Source of the DNA: Pelomyxa schiedti
Lineage: Eukaryota; Protista; Evosea
Assembly: GCA_020536535.1 (NCBI GenBank)
Contig: JAHLWZ010000594.1
Coordinates: 1-64,000 of the forward strand
DNA length: 64,000 nt
Direction of reading: 5' to 3'
Shown: piece after piece, positions 10,901 to 26,505 of the stretch
How positions within the stretch are numbered: position 1 is the stretch's first letter
Layout of the letters: the number at the start of each line of letters is the position of its first letter
The notes under the pieces: model-generated
What the model was told of the DNA's origin: nothing
What the model saw: the letters and a program-made list of their open reading frames with translations, nothing else
Databases searched by the model: none
Made by a program: the position numbers and the translations under genes

Positions 10901-11802
10901 GAACTCCTCACCAATGGCAACACGGACTGAGGGAGCCATGGAGGCAACGACGACCTTGCCGGACTTGAGTGCAGCGTTCACTTGTTCAAGGTGAGTCTTC
11001 TCCATAAGAGCTCCACTTGGGCAAACAGATGAGCACTGACCGCAGGAAACACAGAGTGTGTCGGCAAGTGGAAGGCCACTGCTAGTTGAGACTGGAACGA
11101 CAGCTCCCTGTAAAAATTGAGCCTCGAAGAAAACACCGATTACCACTTACATCGGTCAATTTCCAGATTCCCAATCCCTGAATGTCCTTGCACATTCTGA
11201 CACATCGACCACACTCGATGCACTTGGTCATATCTTGCTGAAGAGCGTTGGAAGTATCATCATAGGCATTAGCAATTGTGTGCTCCATCACACGTGCCAA
11301 CTCGGGAGCATGGGAGAAGTTCTCGGGTGTGCGGAAGCGAACCTAACACCGAGTGAGCCGAAAACTCAACATTGCCTCACAGTTAAAACCTTCTGAACAA
11401 GTCGGTTCATGGCAAGAGCAGCGCGAAGCTTGCATTCGGGTGTTTCGGTGGCGATTCTCATTCCGGGTGTGACCTTAGCACTGCAGCCAAGAACGGGCTC
11501 AGCACTACCCTCAACCATAACACAGCACAAACCACATTTACCTGTAAAGAAAAATAAGAAAATAACAAAAAAAAACAGCAATAAAATAACAAAAAAAGAA
11601 GAAAACGACGCATACCAATGGGCTGAAGGCGAGGATGGTAGCACATCGTGGGGACGTACTCGCCGGCAAGGCGGCACGCCTCGACGAGGTTTGCGCGGTT
11701 CGGCACCTGAACGGATTTGCCGTTAATGAACACCTCGATCATCTTGTCGGGTGGTGGCTGGACAGCGGACATGACTCCGGTAATTGGTTCGGGTGTCGAC
11801 AT
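7991..11802 (-). CDS. hydA: [FeFe]-hydrogenase fused to a C-terminal diflavin (flavodoxin + FAD + NAD(P)H; CysJ/CPR-like) reductase, ~1169 aa
   Basis: Exons 11802-11616, 11541-11390, 11342-11151, 11107-10811, 10768-10453, 10409-8269, 8215-7991 (all GT-AG, total 3510 nt, in frame). 2Fe-2S (C..CGLC..C), two CxxCxxCxxxC, H-cluster motifs STCCPCW / MPCTAKKDE / EIMGCPGGCIGGGGQP, small-subunit RRSHENP..HHLLHTHY, flavodoxin (TCTFGDGE, YAVFGCGS), RLYSVASSP, GTGLAP, YCGP. Confidence 0.95.
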
Positions 11803-12148
11803 TTTTTGCGGCTGCTGCGGTGGCTAGTTTCGCCTTGTGGTTTTTTTGTTTTTTTGATTATTTTTAAGGAGCCGAACTTAAAAAAAATTCTCGCAGGGAT
11901 TTGCGGTATATTTAGCAGTTGTCAATTGTGACGTTAAGGCCCAAAAAAAGAAAGGAAGCTGAAGATCAAAGACGAAACTGCACTTCGATTGAAGGTAATT
12001 CTGTGTTGATTGGGTAAAACACTGCCGAATGACTGTTTTACTCACAGAGAGCAAGAACCGGAGGTGTAAATAGGGACTGTGAGAGTTTTTTGTGGTTTGC
12101 GGGGAAAAGAAGGGTAACATACAAAATCGGATTTGTGTTGGAATTAAA

Positions 12149-13056
12149 TTACGTATTCTTGCTGTGCTTTATGAGCCAGTCGAGAGTGATGTCAAGGTTG
12201 ACACTGTTCTTGGCGGAGATGGAGTAGCAGCATACCTCGTGCCCTGTTATGTCGCGAAGACCACTGAAGAGCGGTGAGTGCTTTGGTTGAATTGCGGCTA
12301 CATACAGTGCGGTAACAATTTCATCAACACCGGCCGCGTTGTGTAAATCATTTTTGTTGCCAAGAACGAGAACTGGTATGGAAGACAGCGCAGGTTTGAT
12401 CAACAAATCGTGCAACTCCTTTCGGGCAGTGTCAAACTTGTCTCTATCTACCGCATCTACAACAAATCTGGTCTCCGGTTAGATGGTAGCTAAATGTTGG
12501 TATTCCATACACAATAGCGTTCACACCCCTGCAATAACGTTCCCACATCTGAGGGAAAAAGGAAGGTGCATAAGAAGTTAGAAAAAAGCTTAGAGGCAAA
12601 GTACTTGTCGGAATCGTGGTTGACCTCCGAGATCTGAATAGGGGTCAGGTTTGAAACGGAACACTTCCAAAAAAAAAAAATGAATTAATAAGAATTGGTT
12701 GCACCATACCCCATAGCTTAATGGTAACATTTCCCTTTGTCACTTTGCGCACATTGAATCCTATAGTAGGGATCATGTCTTCCGTGAAAGTTCCGGACTA
12801 GTAAGTATTGCAAGTTATAAAATGCGGTATGTTGATTGCAAAATCCTCACCGAAATTACGTTGACAAACGTCGACTTGCCGGAGTTCTATTAAAGCGGTC
12901 ATTTGTTGCGTAGGAGAGCGCACAAAAGTGTACAGGATAGCTAAAGGGCAAACAACAAACCTGCAAACCAACCAACGTCAGCTCCATTTCTTGCTTCCAA
13001 AATAACTGCGCGAAGAAGTCGGCAATTGACTGGAAAAAAGCCTTCACAGCCGCCAT
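12149..13056 (-). CDS. ARL8: Arf-like GTPase Arl8, multi-exon
   Basis: [15 protein letters not shown]|[65 protein letters not shown]. Confidence 0.93.
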
Positions 13057-13405
13057 CACAAATTACGTGCGTAACGGTGCGGATCTCCTTCTCTTTCTTT
13101 TGCGTGTTAATTGTTTGTGCCGACCACAACGCCACCCCTACCTACCGGTGCTACCACCTTTTGTTTTATGTTGTTTTATGTTTTCCTAATTTTTGTGATC
13201 TTAGCATAACGACACCATTCCCAGATCTCTTTTCTTTGATGGAATGGATTCCCCTGCATGACTCGGCGAATTATTCGTTGCACTCCGTATACTACAAAAA
13301 GAAAAAAGAAGCAACAGACATCTTACCTTACACCATCCTCTTTTCTTCTTATTCCAAACCACATACACAGTCTGCAAGATCCCACTCCGCTAGTATAAAG
13401 CAGTA

Positions 13406-14065
13406 TCACGTAGTGTGGGATATCTCCTTCGCGAGGGCGGCTAGGGGCTCCCTGAGCGCCCGCGCCACCACCTCCATGTGCCCCACGTTGGCCGTCGCTG
13501 CATCGTGCCCCGTCAGGGTGACCACCATCGACCCCCCAACTACAACTGACTGCACCACCACCCCGCTCCCGCTGGGTATCCCGCCCGCGCCGCGCTCATC
13601 GCCCCCACCACCGCCGCCGCCGCCGCTGGTGCTACTGCTATTGTGGGTCTCGGCCGCCGTGGACTGTGGGGCTGCGGCGGCGCCGGACGAGGACGTGCTG
13701 GTGGATGTGGATGATGGGACCGCGCCGCCGCGTGCGATGTTGATGGCGGCTGGGGAGCGAGGCGGCGAGAACACAGTGGACGCGCAGGCGCACTCGCCCA
13801 GCCCGACCTTGGAGAACTCCCGCGACACGACGGAGAACACCGCCGAGAGCTGCCCCACGCTCCCATCGAGGATGCTCGCGCCCATCTCCCCCCCTTGCTG
13901 CTGCTGGCGCCCGCCTCGCCCGACCGCGACGGTCACGCCGTCCGTGTCGCACAGCACCACGCTGTGAGCACCAACCACTCCGCTAGCCACAGCGTCCAGC
14001 ACAGCCTGTACTCCCACAACCGCCTCGCCCCCACCGTCCGCCGCTGCTTCCACTACGTGCGACAT
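13406..14065 (-). CDS. LAMTOR3: LAMTOR3/MP1-like roadblock-fold Ragulator subunit with low-complexity insertion
   Basis: GAHSVVLCDTDGV, SKVGLG and ANVGHM..LREPL resemble LAMTOR3 GLHAIVVSDRDGV, SKLGLS and ANTGLI..LAPL. Confidence 0.65.
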   Translation of the reverse strand: MSHVVEAAADGGGEAVVGVQAVLDAVASGVVGAHSVVLCDTDGVTVAVGRGGRQQQQGGEMGASILDGSVGQLSAVFSVVSREFSKVGLGECACASTVFSPPRSPAAINIARGGAVPSSTSTSTSSSGAAAAPQSTAAETHNSSSTSGGGGGGGGDERGAGGIPSGSGVVVQSVVVGGSMVVTLTGHDAATANVGHMEVVARALREPLAALAKEISHTT

Positions 14066-14256
14066 TGGTTTCTGTTGTTGGCGTGGTTGAACAGATCAGA
14101 GGGAGGGAATCCCTGGAGCTGGCCTTACTTGCAAGTCCACGGCAATGCTTACGTGCACAACCTCCATCCAAGGAGCTGGAGGGGAATATTCCGATATTCC
14201 TGAGGAATCAGGTACATCAAAAAAGAATAGGGGAAAAATAAAAGATCTGGAGCAAC

Positions 14257-17200
14257 ATGGAGGGCGTCCACAAAGAACCTAGGGCGCAGGGCGACGATAC
14301 GAAACAGGCCTGCGAACCCACAAGGAGCGCGAAAGACAACACAGAACACGTACCGACTACCGCGACGGCCACGGAACAAGGGGCAGTGGGGGGCGACGCG
14401 GGGGAGGGCGTGCCCAAGGGAAACCCCGATAGCGCGAACTCGCCTCCCCCGCTGGAGGACGGCGGCGGCGGCGGCGGCAACACCCCGCCCGAGGAGGACG
14501 AGGACCCCACCACCAACAGCGGGGACTCGACAGGGGGCGGGAGCAGCGACAGCGGGGCAGGCGAGGGGGCGGCCAAGGAGGGGGCCGCAGGGACCGGCGG
14601 GAAGGACGACGACGACGATGACGACGATGGCGCGGCGGGCGGGGAGGGGGAAGACGGAGAGGGGGACGTGGAGGGGGAGGGGGAGGAGAGCAGCGGGAGT
14701 AGTGGTAGTGGTAGTGGCAGTGGCAGCGGTGGGAGCGGCGGAGGGGACCGGGAGGGGGACAAGGACAAGGAGAAGGACGAGGACCGGGACCGGGTGAAGG
14801 TGTATAAGCTGGAGAACAAGGCGTGGGCGGACAAGGGCACCGGGCTGGCTTCGTCTTGCGTAGACCCGGTGGGTTCCAGTCATTCACGCATTCATTCATT
14901 CACTCACCACTCACTCGTGCTGTGCTTGTGTCCTCACCTTCTCAATTTTTTTTTTTTTTAAGGAAACTGGTCAGTTGTCAATTGTGGTTCACGGTGAGCA
15001 CGACCAGACCGTTATCTTGCATGTCACGGTTGACCCTTATTGCACATATTCTTTTGAGCAAGGTTGAACTAATAGGGAAAAATTTTGCTTGGCAATGCTC
15101 ACCCTTGATAAGGGACACTCATGGTTTGGACTGACACAAAAACCTTGGAAAGCCTATCGCTCAGTTTTTTGCGGCAATCTCGTTGCCACGAAATAAGGTA
15201 TAAAATAAGCTGCTAGTACCTTCCTTCAAGATAACCTAGTCTCTTAGGGAGGAAGTTATCGAATTTCAGTCCAGATATAATCCTAAGCGGGGAAAAACCG
15301 CATGCAGGGGAAAAAATCTCCGAGATGATCCACATTCAGAAGACAGCTACATAGAAGATGATGAACAACATCAAGATGACCAAGAAGAGGATCAGGATGA
15401 TGAAGAGGAGGAAGAGGAGGAAGTGTACCCTGCTTTTAAACCTCTTGCGCCCTCTCCTTCCATTACGATCCCTCCTCTCGAGCTCCCGACTCCGAGCCCT
15501 GAATCGTTACCAGAATTGAAAAAAGCAATTTTCATGGCAGCATATGACATGAAACAGAAATTCCGGCTCCTTCAAACTTTCTGCTCTCAGGTAAATAAAT
15601 AGGGGAAGTGCCAAAACGCTCACACCAAATAGGACTTCCTGAACAAGCTTTATCAAGTTACAACAAAATGTGAAAAGGAAGGCATTACTAGTGGATTGCA
15701 TGACATTTTTACCATTTTCAAGTGTGTAGGTGTGTAGGTACTATTCTGCCTATCACCTTTTTTTGCTCACTAGGCACCCAGTTCTTCTCAATGACGAACG
15801 TACACTGCGTACTCTATTTTCTGAAGGCAATTTCAACAACACAATTGCAGCTCTTGAATGTAATGTTCTTCCATTCAGTTACTTTGGTAATCACTGTGGA
15901 AAGGTGACCCTGATCTCCCTGCAATGTACCATGTTCGACACCGCGAGCACTTGGCCAAAAATGTCCTCTTTAAGCAGATTGTTCCATTTGAAGATGAGAC
16001 TCTTTTACCTCTTATTCATCATACCTACAAGCTATTATACACGAGAGATGTTGTTCTAGCAAGGTGGTGTGTGAATAACCTTGCCATTGTTTTTTTTTGA
16101 ACTTTCGTACCAATCAGCTTCCAGGGTCATTGATGATGGAACATATGCTTCTCTCTCGGCAATGATTCTTTTGAATCAAAATAAAATAGTGGCTTCCCTC
16201 ACTAAATCTACAGCACTTCAGTCCCAATTGTATGCTAGCAGTTGCGTCTTGGCCACTAAGTTTATTTACAGGATTACGAAGTTACAACATTCCCAGGCAT
16301 CCAGTCCAGAGAGACATGATGTTCTTGCATTTTTCCAGGAGTTATACAATCTCTCCAAGCAGTCACCTGTGCCTGTTCAAGATAAGCCTCTGCTTATTAG
16401 GCACTTTCCCTATCATAAAAACTTCTTCTGAGTATTTTTTTTTTTTTCCCTAGTTTGTTTTTTCAACAGGGCTTGCTTGATGCTTTAACAACAACTCTAT
16501 CTGACCCGGATGTTTCCATAAGATTGTCAACGTTGTTACCCTTAATTATCATCCCCGCTTAATTTCAACAGGGTTGACCTGATTGGTGCAACTCTTCTAT
16601 ATGATATAAGCGCAATTAGAGATGCCATTCAAAATCAATCGGGAAACGGTGATAATTTTTTAAACCAACTAGTAGTAAGGTATGAAAAACTTTCTCTCCT
16701 TCCATCATTGACAAATGTCAGGCTACTCACAGACTCGGATTCAGGCCTGATCACAACAGTTACAGATATTATCAAAACAATTTTTGACCCAGACACGATG
16801 GCTACAATGGCATTTGTATCTGTGGGTAATTTATCTGCCTTTTTTAGATCAACGACTAGCAGGGGGACAAAGATGCTTTATTGGATATATTGTACCGTAG
16901 GTTTTTTGCAATGATATGTTCACCACTTTTTTCAACGACCTCCCATTCCCTAAACCCAAGTAATTTCCCCCGTTGACCTTGCAGATCAACTAATTTAATT
17001 TTAGTTCCTCTAAACCCCGAAAACCGAGACGCCATTCTTAACAGTGTTGTGGAACTTGTATGTTTCTGCATTTCCAGGCATCTAGCTATGGCTAGGCCAT
17101 ATGTTCTTAATGCTAAAGTTCCCAAACAAATTACCCCTCTGATTAACACTGGTCAAAAGCATTTGGTCCTAGGTACTTTTTTTTATGTTATTTCTTCGAT

Positions 17201-18785
17201 TGACACTTAAACATCAGCTGGGATTAGATTATTCCGTGCATGCCTTGGGACTAAAGACCCCGTTTACATAAAATATTTGATCAAACACAACCTCTATGAT
17301 CCTCTGCACCAAGTACTGATACAAAATGTTTCCAAAGACAACCTCATCAATTCTGCTGTTGTTGAAGTTCTGAGTTATTGTATCCCACCACCTCCTCCCA
17401 ACCTCCCACCCCATCTACTGATAACTACTCCTCCCCCGGATAACAAGGTAACAACAACCCAATAGAGATCACAACCAACCTCAACACAGGAAAATCTGGA
17501 ACCAATGGTCGAGTATATTGCCACTAAGTACTGCACTGAATATCGGAGCCTCACATACGTTGAAACCTTTGCCAAGCTGCTGAAGAGACAAGAAGAGATT
17601 GTGGAGGAACGAGAGGCAAAGGCACGAGCAGAGGCGGAAGCTCGAGCACAGTAAGTAAATTAATGGCGCTTTAAATGATTCATGGAAAACAGGGCAGCAA
17701 AAACCCAGAATGACGAGAAGAAAGAGAAAGAGGAGAAAGATGCTGAGGAAGAAACCTACTTTAATGAGGATGACGAAAAGGAATCATCACCTACTCCGAT
17801 TCCCCCGCTCTTGTCCCCAGCAAACGCTCTAAGTAAGTTGGGCAGTGACTACGGCGACTTGGAAGACAAAGATAAAGAAGGCACTAGCAGTGGGGGCACT
17901 CACACCACCGCAACAACATGCACGCAACCAACATCCCAGGTAAGTCCCACCTAATTTTCCTTTCGAGGCAACTTACCATACATATAGTCACAGTCAACAA
18001 CTAATGAGCCCGAGAGGTCACTAGATTGGGTAATAGAACAGACCAAGACACACCACAAACAAAAGCAACTAGAACAGGAACAGCTACAACTGGCAGGCAC
18101 AAAGCGGCCCAGGATAGCGTTCCCCGCAAAGATAGAAATCAAACTTGGCACAACTAGAACTCAACAACCGGCCACATCCGAATCAACCACCAAAGAACCG
18201 GAATCATCCACAACAACAATAACATCAACAGCCGCAAAAACAGCAACAACAGACACCGCATCTGCAGCATCGTCAACAACAACAACACAGAGTCAACAGT
18301 GTGAGCCAAGGACACCCCCACCAAAGCAGCTACAACAAAAGCCATTCCGCAAAGCAACACCAATACCAATGAAAACACTGCCGTATCCCCGCATCATCAA
18401 CACCACCACTAACACAGCTCATATCCAAAAACAACTACAAAAAAAACAGCACCCCACAGATGAAATGATAGTGGAAGAAGAAGAGGACGAGAATGAGGAG
18501 GAACATGAAGAACTGGTGGTACATTCAAACACAACAACAAACACAACAACCGCAGCAACAAGCACAACAACAACGAAATCATCAGCATCAGCAACAACAG
18601 TAGCAGAAGGAAAGGGTAAGAAGAAAAAGAAGTCAAAGAAGCACAACAAATCCAAGAATAAGAAGCCATCATCACCTTCAAAAGCAAAAGAAACAAGCAC
18701 AACTGACACAACACCAAACAAGCAGGAGGGGGGTGATGATACCGCTACAGCCGAGGACCCACAGTCCAAAAGGCGGCGGTCATGA
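14257..18785 (+). CDS. PPP4R3: Protein phosphatase 4 regulatory subunit 3 (SMEK/Psy2/Falafel), multi-exon
   Basis: EVH1 start RVKVYKLENKAWADKGTG, YDPDLPAMYHVRHREHL, VIDDGTYASL, IKHNLYDPL..NLINSAVVE, LTYVETF, EEETYFNEDD; acidic N-terminus and low-complexity basic C-terminus. Confidence 0.85.
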
Positions 18786-18950
18786 AAGGAGTTTTGTGTT
18801 CAGTTGAGCCAATAAATATAAACTGCCAGGTCAAATGCACAAATAGATAGGTTTTTTGTTGTTTTCAATATTTTTTTTGGTAATTTTCTTATTTCTTTTG
18901 TACTGTTAGTTACAACAAAAAGGGAAATAGTGACAGGGATAAATAACCTT

Positions 18951-21900
18951 TTACATAAGGGAGCACCGGCACAATTGAGCACCGCCAGTGTGTACCGCAT
19001 CATCATCCTGGTCGTCGTCGTCATAGTCATCATCGTCGTCATCATCACCAACGAGCTTCTTCTTGCTCTCGTCAATCTTCTCGCTGATAGCTGATGTGAG
19101 GTTCCCACCGCCTTCCATGATGCTCTCCCCAAGGGTGTTCATTGGCCCAAGGTCAATCCCTTTGAAGTCGGGGCTGGAGAAGAAGCCCTTTTTGGGCTTG
19201 GCGGTTTGCGGCGGTGCTTTGAGGACAATGGAGGGTGTCATGATGGTTATTTCGGCTCCAGAAAGAAGTGGCTTCTCACTTGTGGTGCTGTCAAGCATTT
19301 TATCAAGGGAGGACAGACTGACTGCACCAAGGGGAACAGGCGTAGCTGTGCTTGTTGAGCTTACTGCCACTGGAGTGGATGTGGGTGTGGATGTTGGTGT
19401 AGAGGCGGATGTGGATGTGGATGTGGATGTGGATGTGGATGTGGATGTGGATGTGGATGTGGATGTGGATGTGGATGTGGATGTGGATGTGGATGTGGAT
19501 GTGGATGTGGGAGCTGACGTGGGTGCGGGTGTGGAAGTTGAGGGAGAGGTGGGTGTTGATGTGGGTGTGGGTGTGGAAGGTGTGGAAGTTGATGTTGATG
19601 TCGATTCCGAAGAAGACGTAGTGGGTGGGGAGACTGCTGCAGTAGACGGCGGAGATGTCTCCGGGGTTGTGGGGGAAGTAGGTGTAGTTGTCGGGGTGGA
19701 GGTTACGGTTGAGTTGGCGGGAGTTCCAGCTGGAGCACTCACCTCTGGTGTGGGTGCTGGCGTTTCCATCAGTGTGATGGGACCAAGGCCAAGCTTATTA
19801 AAGTATCGGCCTTCGGGTGAGGGATCGTCAGGGGCGGTGTTGATTACTGGACGAGTAGCTGAAACTGATGTAATATGGCCAGGGGTGTATTTTATAGTTT
19901 CCGCCTATTGTAGTTGTGTTTGTGGAAAGCAATTGACAAAACAGTTACTTCTTCTTCATGCTTTGTTTTGTCTGGCTTTATGATTGGTGCATCATCTTCG
20001 AGGAACTTTTCAAGTCACTCACAAATGTAAAAATGTATTTCTTACCTCGTATTCAGGGACGTTTTCTGGATCCACGGTTCTCATTACTTTCTCAAATGCA
20101 TCGTGCCAAGCATCAAAATGCGCTTTGTTAGCAGCTGCAAATATGAAGCACCGATAAGCGGTCCTGTGCAGGTTCAGTCAGTTGACCTGCTTTAGATCTA
20201 CTTCCAGTACTTTATTTGAAAGGCAAAGTCGCGTTTGATTGATGGTCCAGCAAGTTCCCACACACACGTAGAAAGGTCATAACAACCAAGAGGCTGGATG
20301 CCAGTAAGTTTGGAAGGATTCTCCTGCTGGGCACGAGGGAGCTAGGTCGTGTTAGAGAAAAAGGAAAATGTACTACCCCCCTCCCCCCCGCCCCCTCCCC
20401 TCTACCACCCACACAACCCCCCAAACAAAGGAGTACTGTTGAGAGATCTGTATAGTACAAAGTCTGCCCGAAGAGCACAAAATATCTGATTTGCCAGATT
20501 GTATTGACTGGACCCATCTTCAGAAGATAACCGGCATGATCCGGAGGAGAGGGAAATTGAAGAAATGCCAATGGTTTTTCTCTCTAAACAAGATCAGACG
20601 TAGAATATTTTCCTATTCCTACATGGATGTGAATTTTGTCAAGTTTTCCACCGAGGGAAGCAGCAGCATTTGCGATACGCGGGTGCTTTGTCTGCACAAG
20701 GTTTAAGGAAGTGGAATAGGGAAAGTATTGAAAAGCACTTCTTTATCCTCCTGCTTGTAGTAGTGATTCTCTGCAAAGTCACTGCTTACGGATAATGGTG
20801 CATGAATAGTTTTGTCAATTAAATTGCACCACTCATTGGTATCTTGTTCATTTTCCCCCTTGAGATCCACAAAGCTTCAGGTGTGAGGATTAATTTGATT
20901 AGGAAGGCCAAATACCCAAAAGGTGTTTCCAGAGAGAACTCTGTTTTTGACTTCCTCTGCATGGAGCAGCAATCCGTGGACAACATAACGATACCTGGTT
21001 AGTTTAGTTATGAACGAGCCGAGAGAGAAGACAACGAACGCACCAGTAGCTGTGCCATCAGCCGCCGACACACGAAATAAAATGTGTTCTTTGAGGCGGA
21101 AATCCTGGTGATATATTTAACACAAAACTTGGGGCAGCCACAACTTACTTTCTTCCTGTACAAAATTCCAGCCTTCCCCTTCCTGGCAATAGTGCCAACC
21201 TTTAAGTTATCCACCTATATTCATTTCAGTTTGCAATCTATAAAATAATTAATTGTTTTCTGGAATACATTTATCCATTGGTGTTGTTTCTTTGAGGCTT
21301 CTTTTATGTCAGATTTTGCCTCTTCAAATTTTTGCATTTTTAACTCGACATAAGCACTATTTCAATTAGTACCGTTGCCACAGGAAAGGATGCATACCGA
21401 TTTATGTAGTATGCACTATTTTGGGGGTTAAGTTTAATGGCATTGCTGAAGGCAGCGAGAGCTTCTTCGAACTTTTTAGCAGTGAATGCCGCTCTCCCTT
21501 CCTCAAGTGAGTCACGAATCTGAATGTTGCATTAATAACATACATCAGAGGATGCTGTAATGTCACCGTATTCTTTGTGATCTTGGTAGTCAATTTTTTC
21601 ATGCCTTCCTCGAGACGAGTATCCTCAGGGGCATATTGTATACCACTAAGAAAGGCATCTCGTGCATGTTCTAGATCACCTTGCTGGAAAAGTACCATTC
21701 CTTTCCAGTAATATACCTTAATAAATGATAACTTAGTGTATTTCCATAATATGTGGCTCCACCTCGCCGGAATTGCGATTAACATCTCCACTTTCAGCTG
21801 CCAGCTCCAAGGCTTTTTCTATATCATTCAGCGCCTCCTCCCATTCATATATCAACATGTTAGCCTCTGCTCGTGCACTACAGTGGTTTTTTAACATACA

Positions 21901-22832
21901 TGAAGTGGAAAAGAGACTTACATGTAAAGTCGGAATTCATTGGGGAATAATCTCAAAGCAGAGGAGGCAAGTCGGCTTGCAACAGTGCCACTCTTGGATT
22001 TTAATGCAGTGAAGATTTTGTAAACAGGCTCGGCACCCTAGGTTATGTTACTTCCCATTTTGGAAACAAAAACATACTGGGCCGAACTTGAACAAAACTT
22101 TTAAATGCACTTCACCTGAAACTTCACTTTCTTTTGCATTTCTCTTTGAGAGTTTTAGTGAAAGTTCATGAGGTTTCATGTCAAAAAGGCTGTCCCTTAT
22201 TGGTTGAATTGTAGTCTTCGAGAAGGTTAAAAAAAAAAAAAAAGGGCATTTTCTGGTTACATGTCCCAGTGGTTGTGCTGCCATAACTTTGTTGTCATCC
22301 CAAAGGTCCACATCAACGACGGAAATAGGAGTGTAGAAATTGCTACATTTTGTTAGGGAGAGCAGAGTGGAAAACCGAGACATACAAAGTGAAAGGTTTT
22401 TGCTGTCAGGTAGAAAAAACAATTAAAAGAGGTTAGAGCCACGAAAGAATCATTAAAGGAACTTACACAATCAGCATCCTTTTCATTTTGTTTTGTGTTG
22501 TATTTTAGAGGGAGCCAACAAAAAAAAAAGGAAAATGTACCCAGATAGGGTTCAGGTTTTTTGGGACTGGCTCAGTCTTGAACTGTTGAGTCTTGTCCGC
22601 GTCCAAGGACAACGTGCAAAAAGGGTCAGATGTACCTGCTACTTTATCTCTCACAGCCAAGTTGGTGGCCTTGATCACTAAACCCACGAACAAACAAACA
22701 AGCAAAGTAAGAAACCAACCAACAAGAGCGTTTCCTTCGAGAAGTAAAGAGCAGACAGATCTCACCATAAACCAGTAGTTTAGCCAGCACAGGCTGTGTC
22801 GCTTCTCCGCGTGCGTTACCTTCGTCCCCCAT
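18951..22832 (-). CDS. C2 + TPR + PH domain protein with Ser/Thr-rich tail and C-terminal CaaX, multi-exon
   Basis: C2 (GTSDPFCTLSL..KTEPVPKNLNPIW, VDLWDDNK), TPR (YYWKGMVLFQQGDLEHARDAFLSGIQYAPED), PH (HAGYLLKMGPVNTIWQIRYFVL), ends CRCSLM*. Confidence 0.7.
19374..19510. repeat. (GTGGAT)n hexanucleotide repeat encoding poly(Thr-Ser) on the minus strand
   Basis: Direct tandem array within ORF 18951-19769. Confidence 0.95.
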
Positions 22833-23569
22833 CCTTGTTGTTGTCAAACCCTTTGTGTTTGTTCGGGTGTGTTTTTCTTCACAGAAAGTGGCAAAAAACC
22901 AATCTGTTGTGATCGATGTGGGGTACTCTCAAGTCCCACCTGTGGGCATCCCCCCCACACTCTCCAAGAAATCAATCCTCGTCTCTGACGAACACTCCTC
23001 AGAATTTTCATTGATCCTCGTATCTGTTAAAATTCTACACATCAATCGCCCGGAACGTACGCAAACCCCCAAAAAAACAACAAGCAAAACATAAACAAAG
23101 AAAAACACAGCGAGTGCGTGTGTGTGTTAGACAGTGACTGTTGGTCGTGACGGTGAGATCTTGACGTGTGCTACGGCAACAGCGACATTGTGTTGACGTC
23201 AACACAACAACCACACACACAAACAGCAGTGAGAGGCGGGGGGAGCGAGGGAAGGAGGGAGTATCGTGGGGCGTGGGTGAGCGCACACGTGTCTGGTCTT
23301 GTTGTTGTCGTGGTGGTGGTATTTGTGGTTGTTGTTGTGGGGTCTCCTTGGTGTCTTGGTTGACGCCGTAAATCTCACAACACGGTAGGCTTGCGCTTTT
23401 TTTTTTTTTTTTTTTTTAATTTTTTGAAGTTTTTTTTCCCTATGTGGTTGTTTCGCTCCTTCCCCCACCCCCTTGTAATAGTAGCACTACTTTGAGTGTC
23501 ACTTTAATAAATCTACCCGTATGTATACGCAACAGTGCCGTTTTATTGCCACTGTTGAAACTGTGCGCA

Positions 23570-26505
<2,936 letters not shown>

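Noticed and set aside
3742-11802. Functional cluster linking the HPRCG triplet with the hydrogenase
   Set aside because: The family also occurs at two unrelated loci in this window, so adjacency is uninformative; no hydE/F/G maturases are present here.
16401-16453. Possible GC-AG intron in the SMEK gene
   Set aside because: It gives the most natural protein, but in-phase GT donors exist nearby, so it cannot be established without cDNA.
19063-19983. Poly(VD) and poly(MW) ORFs
   Set aside because: Antisense or off-frame readings of the (GTGGAT)n repeat; the coding frame is poly(TS) on the minus strand.
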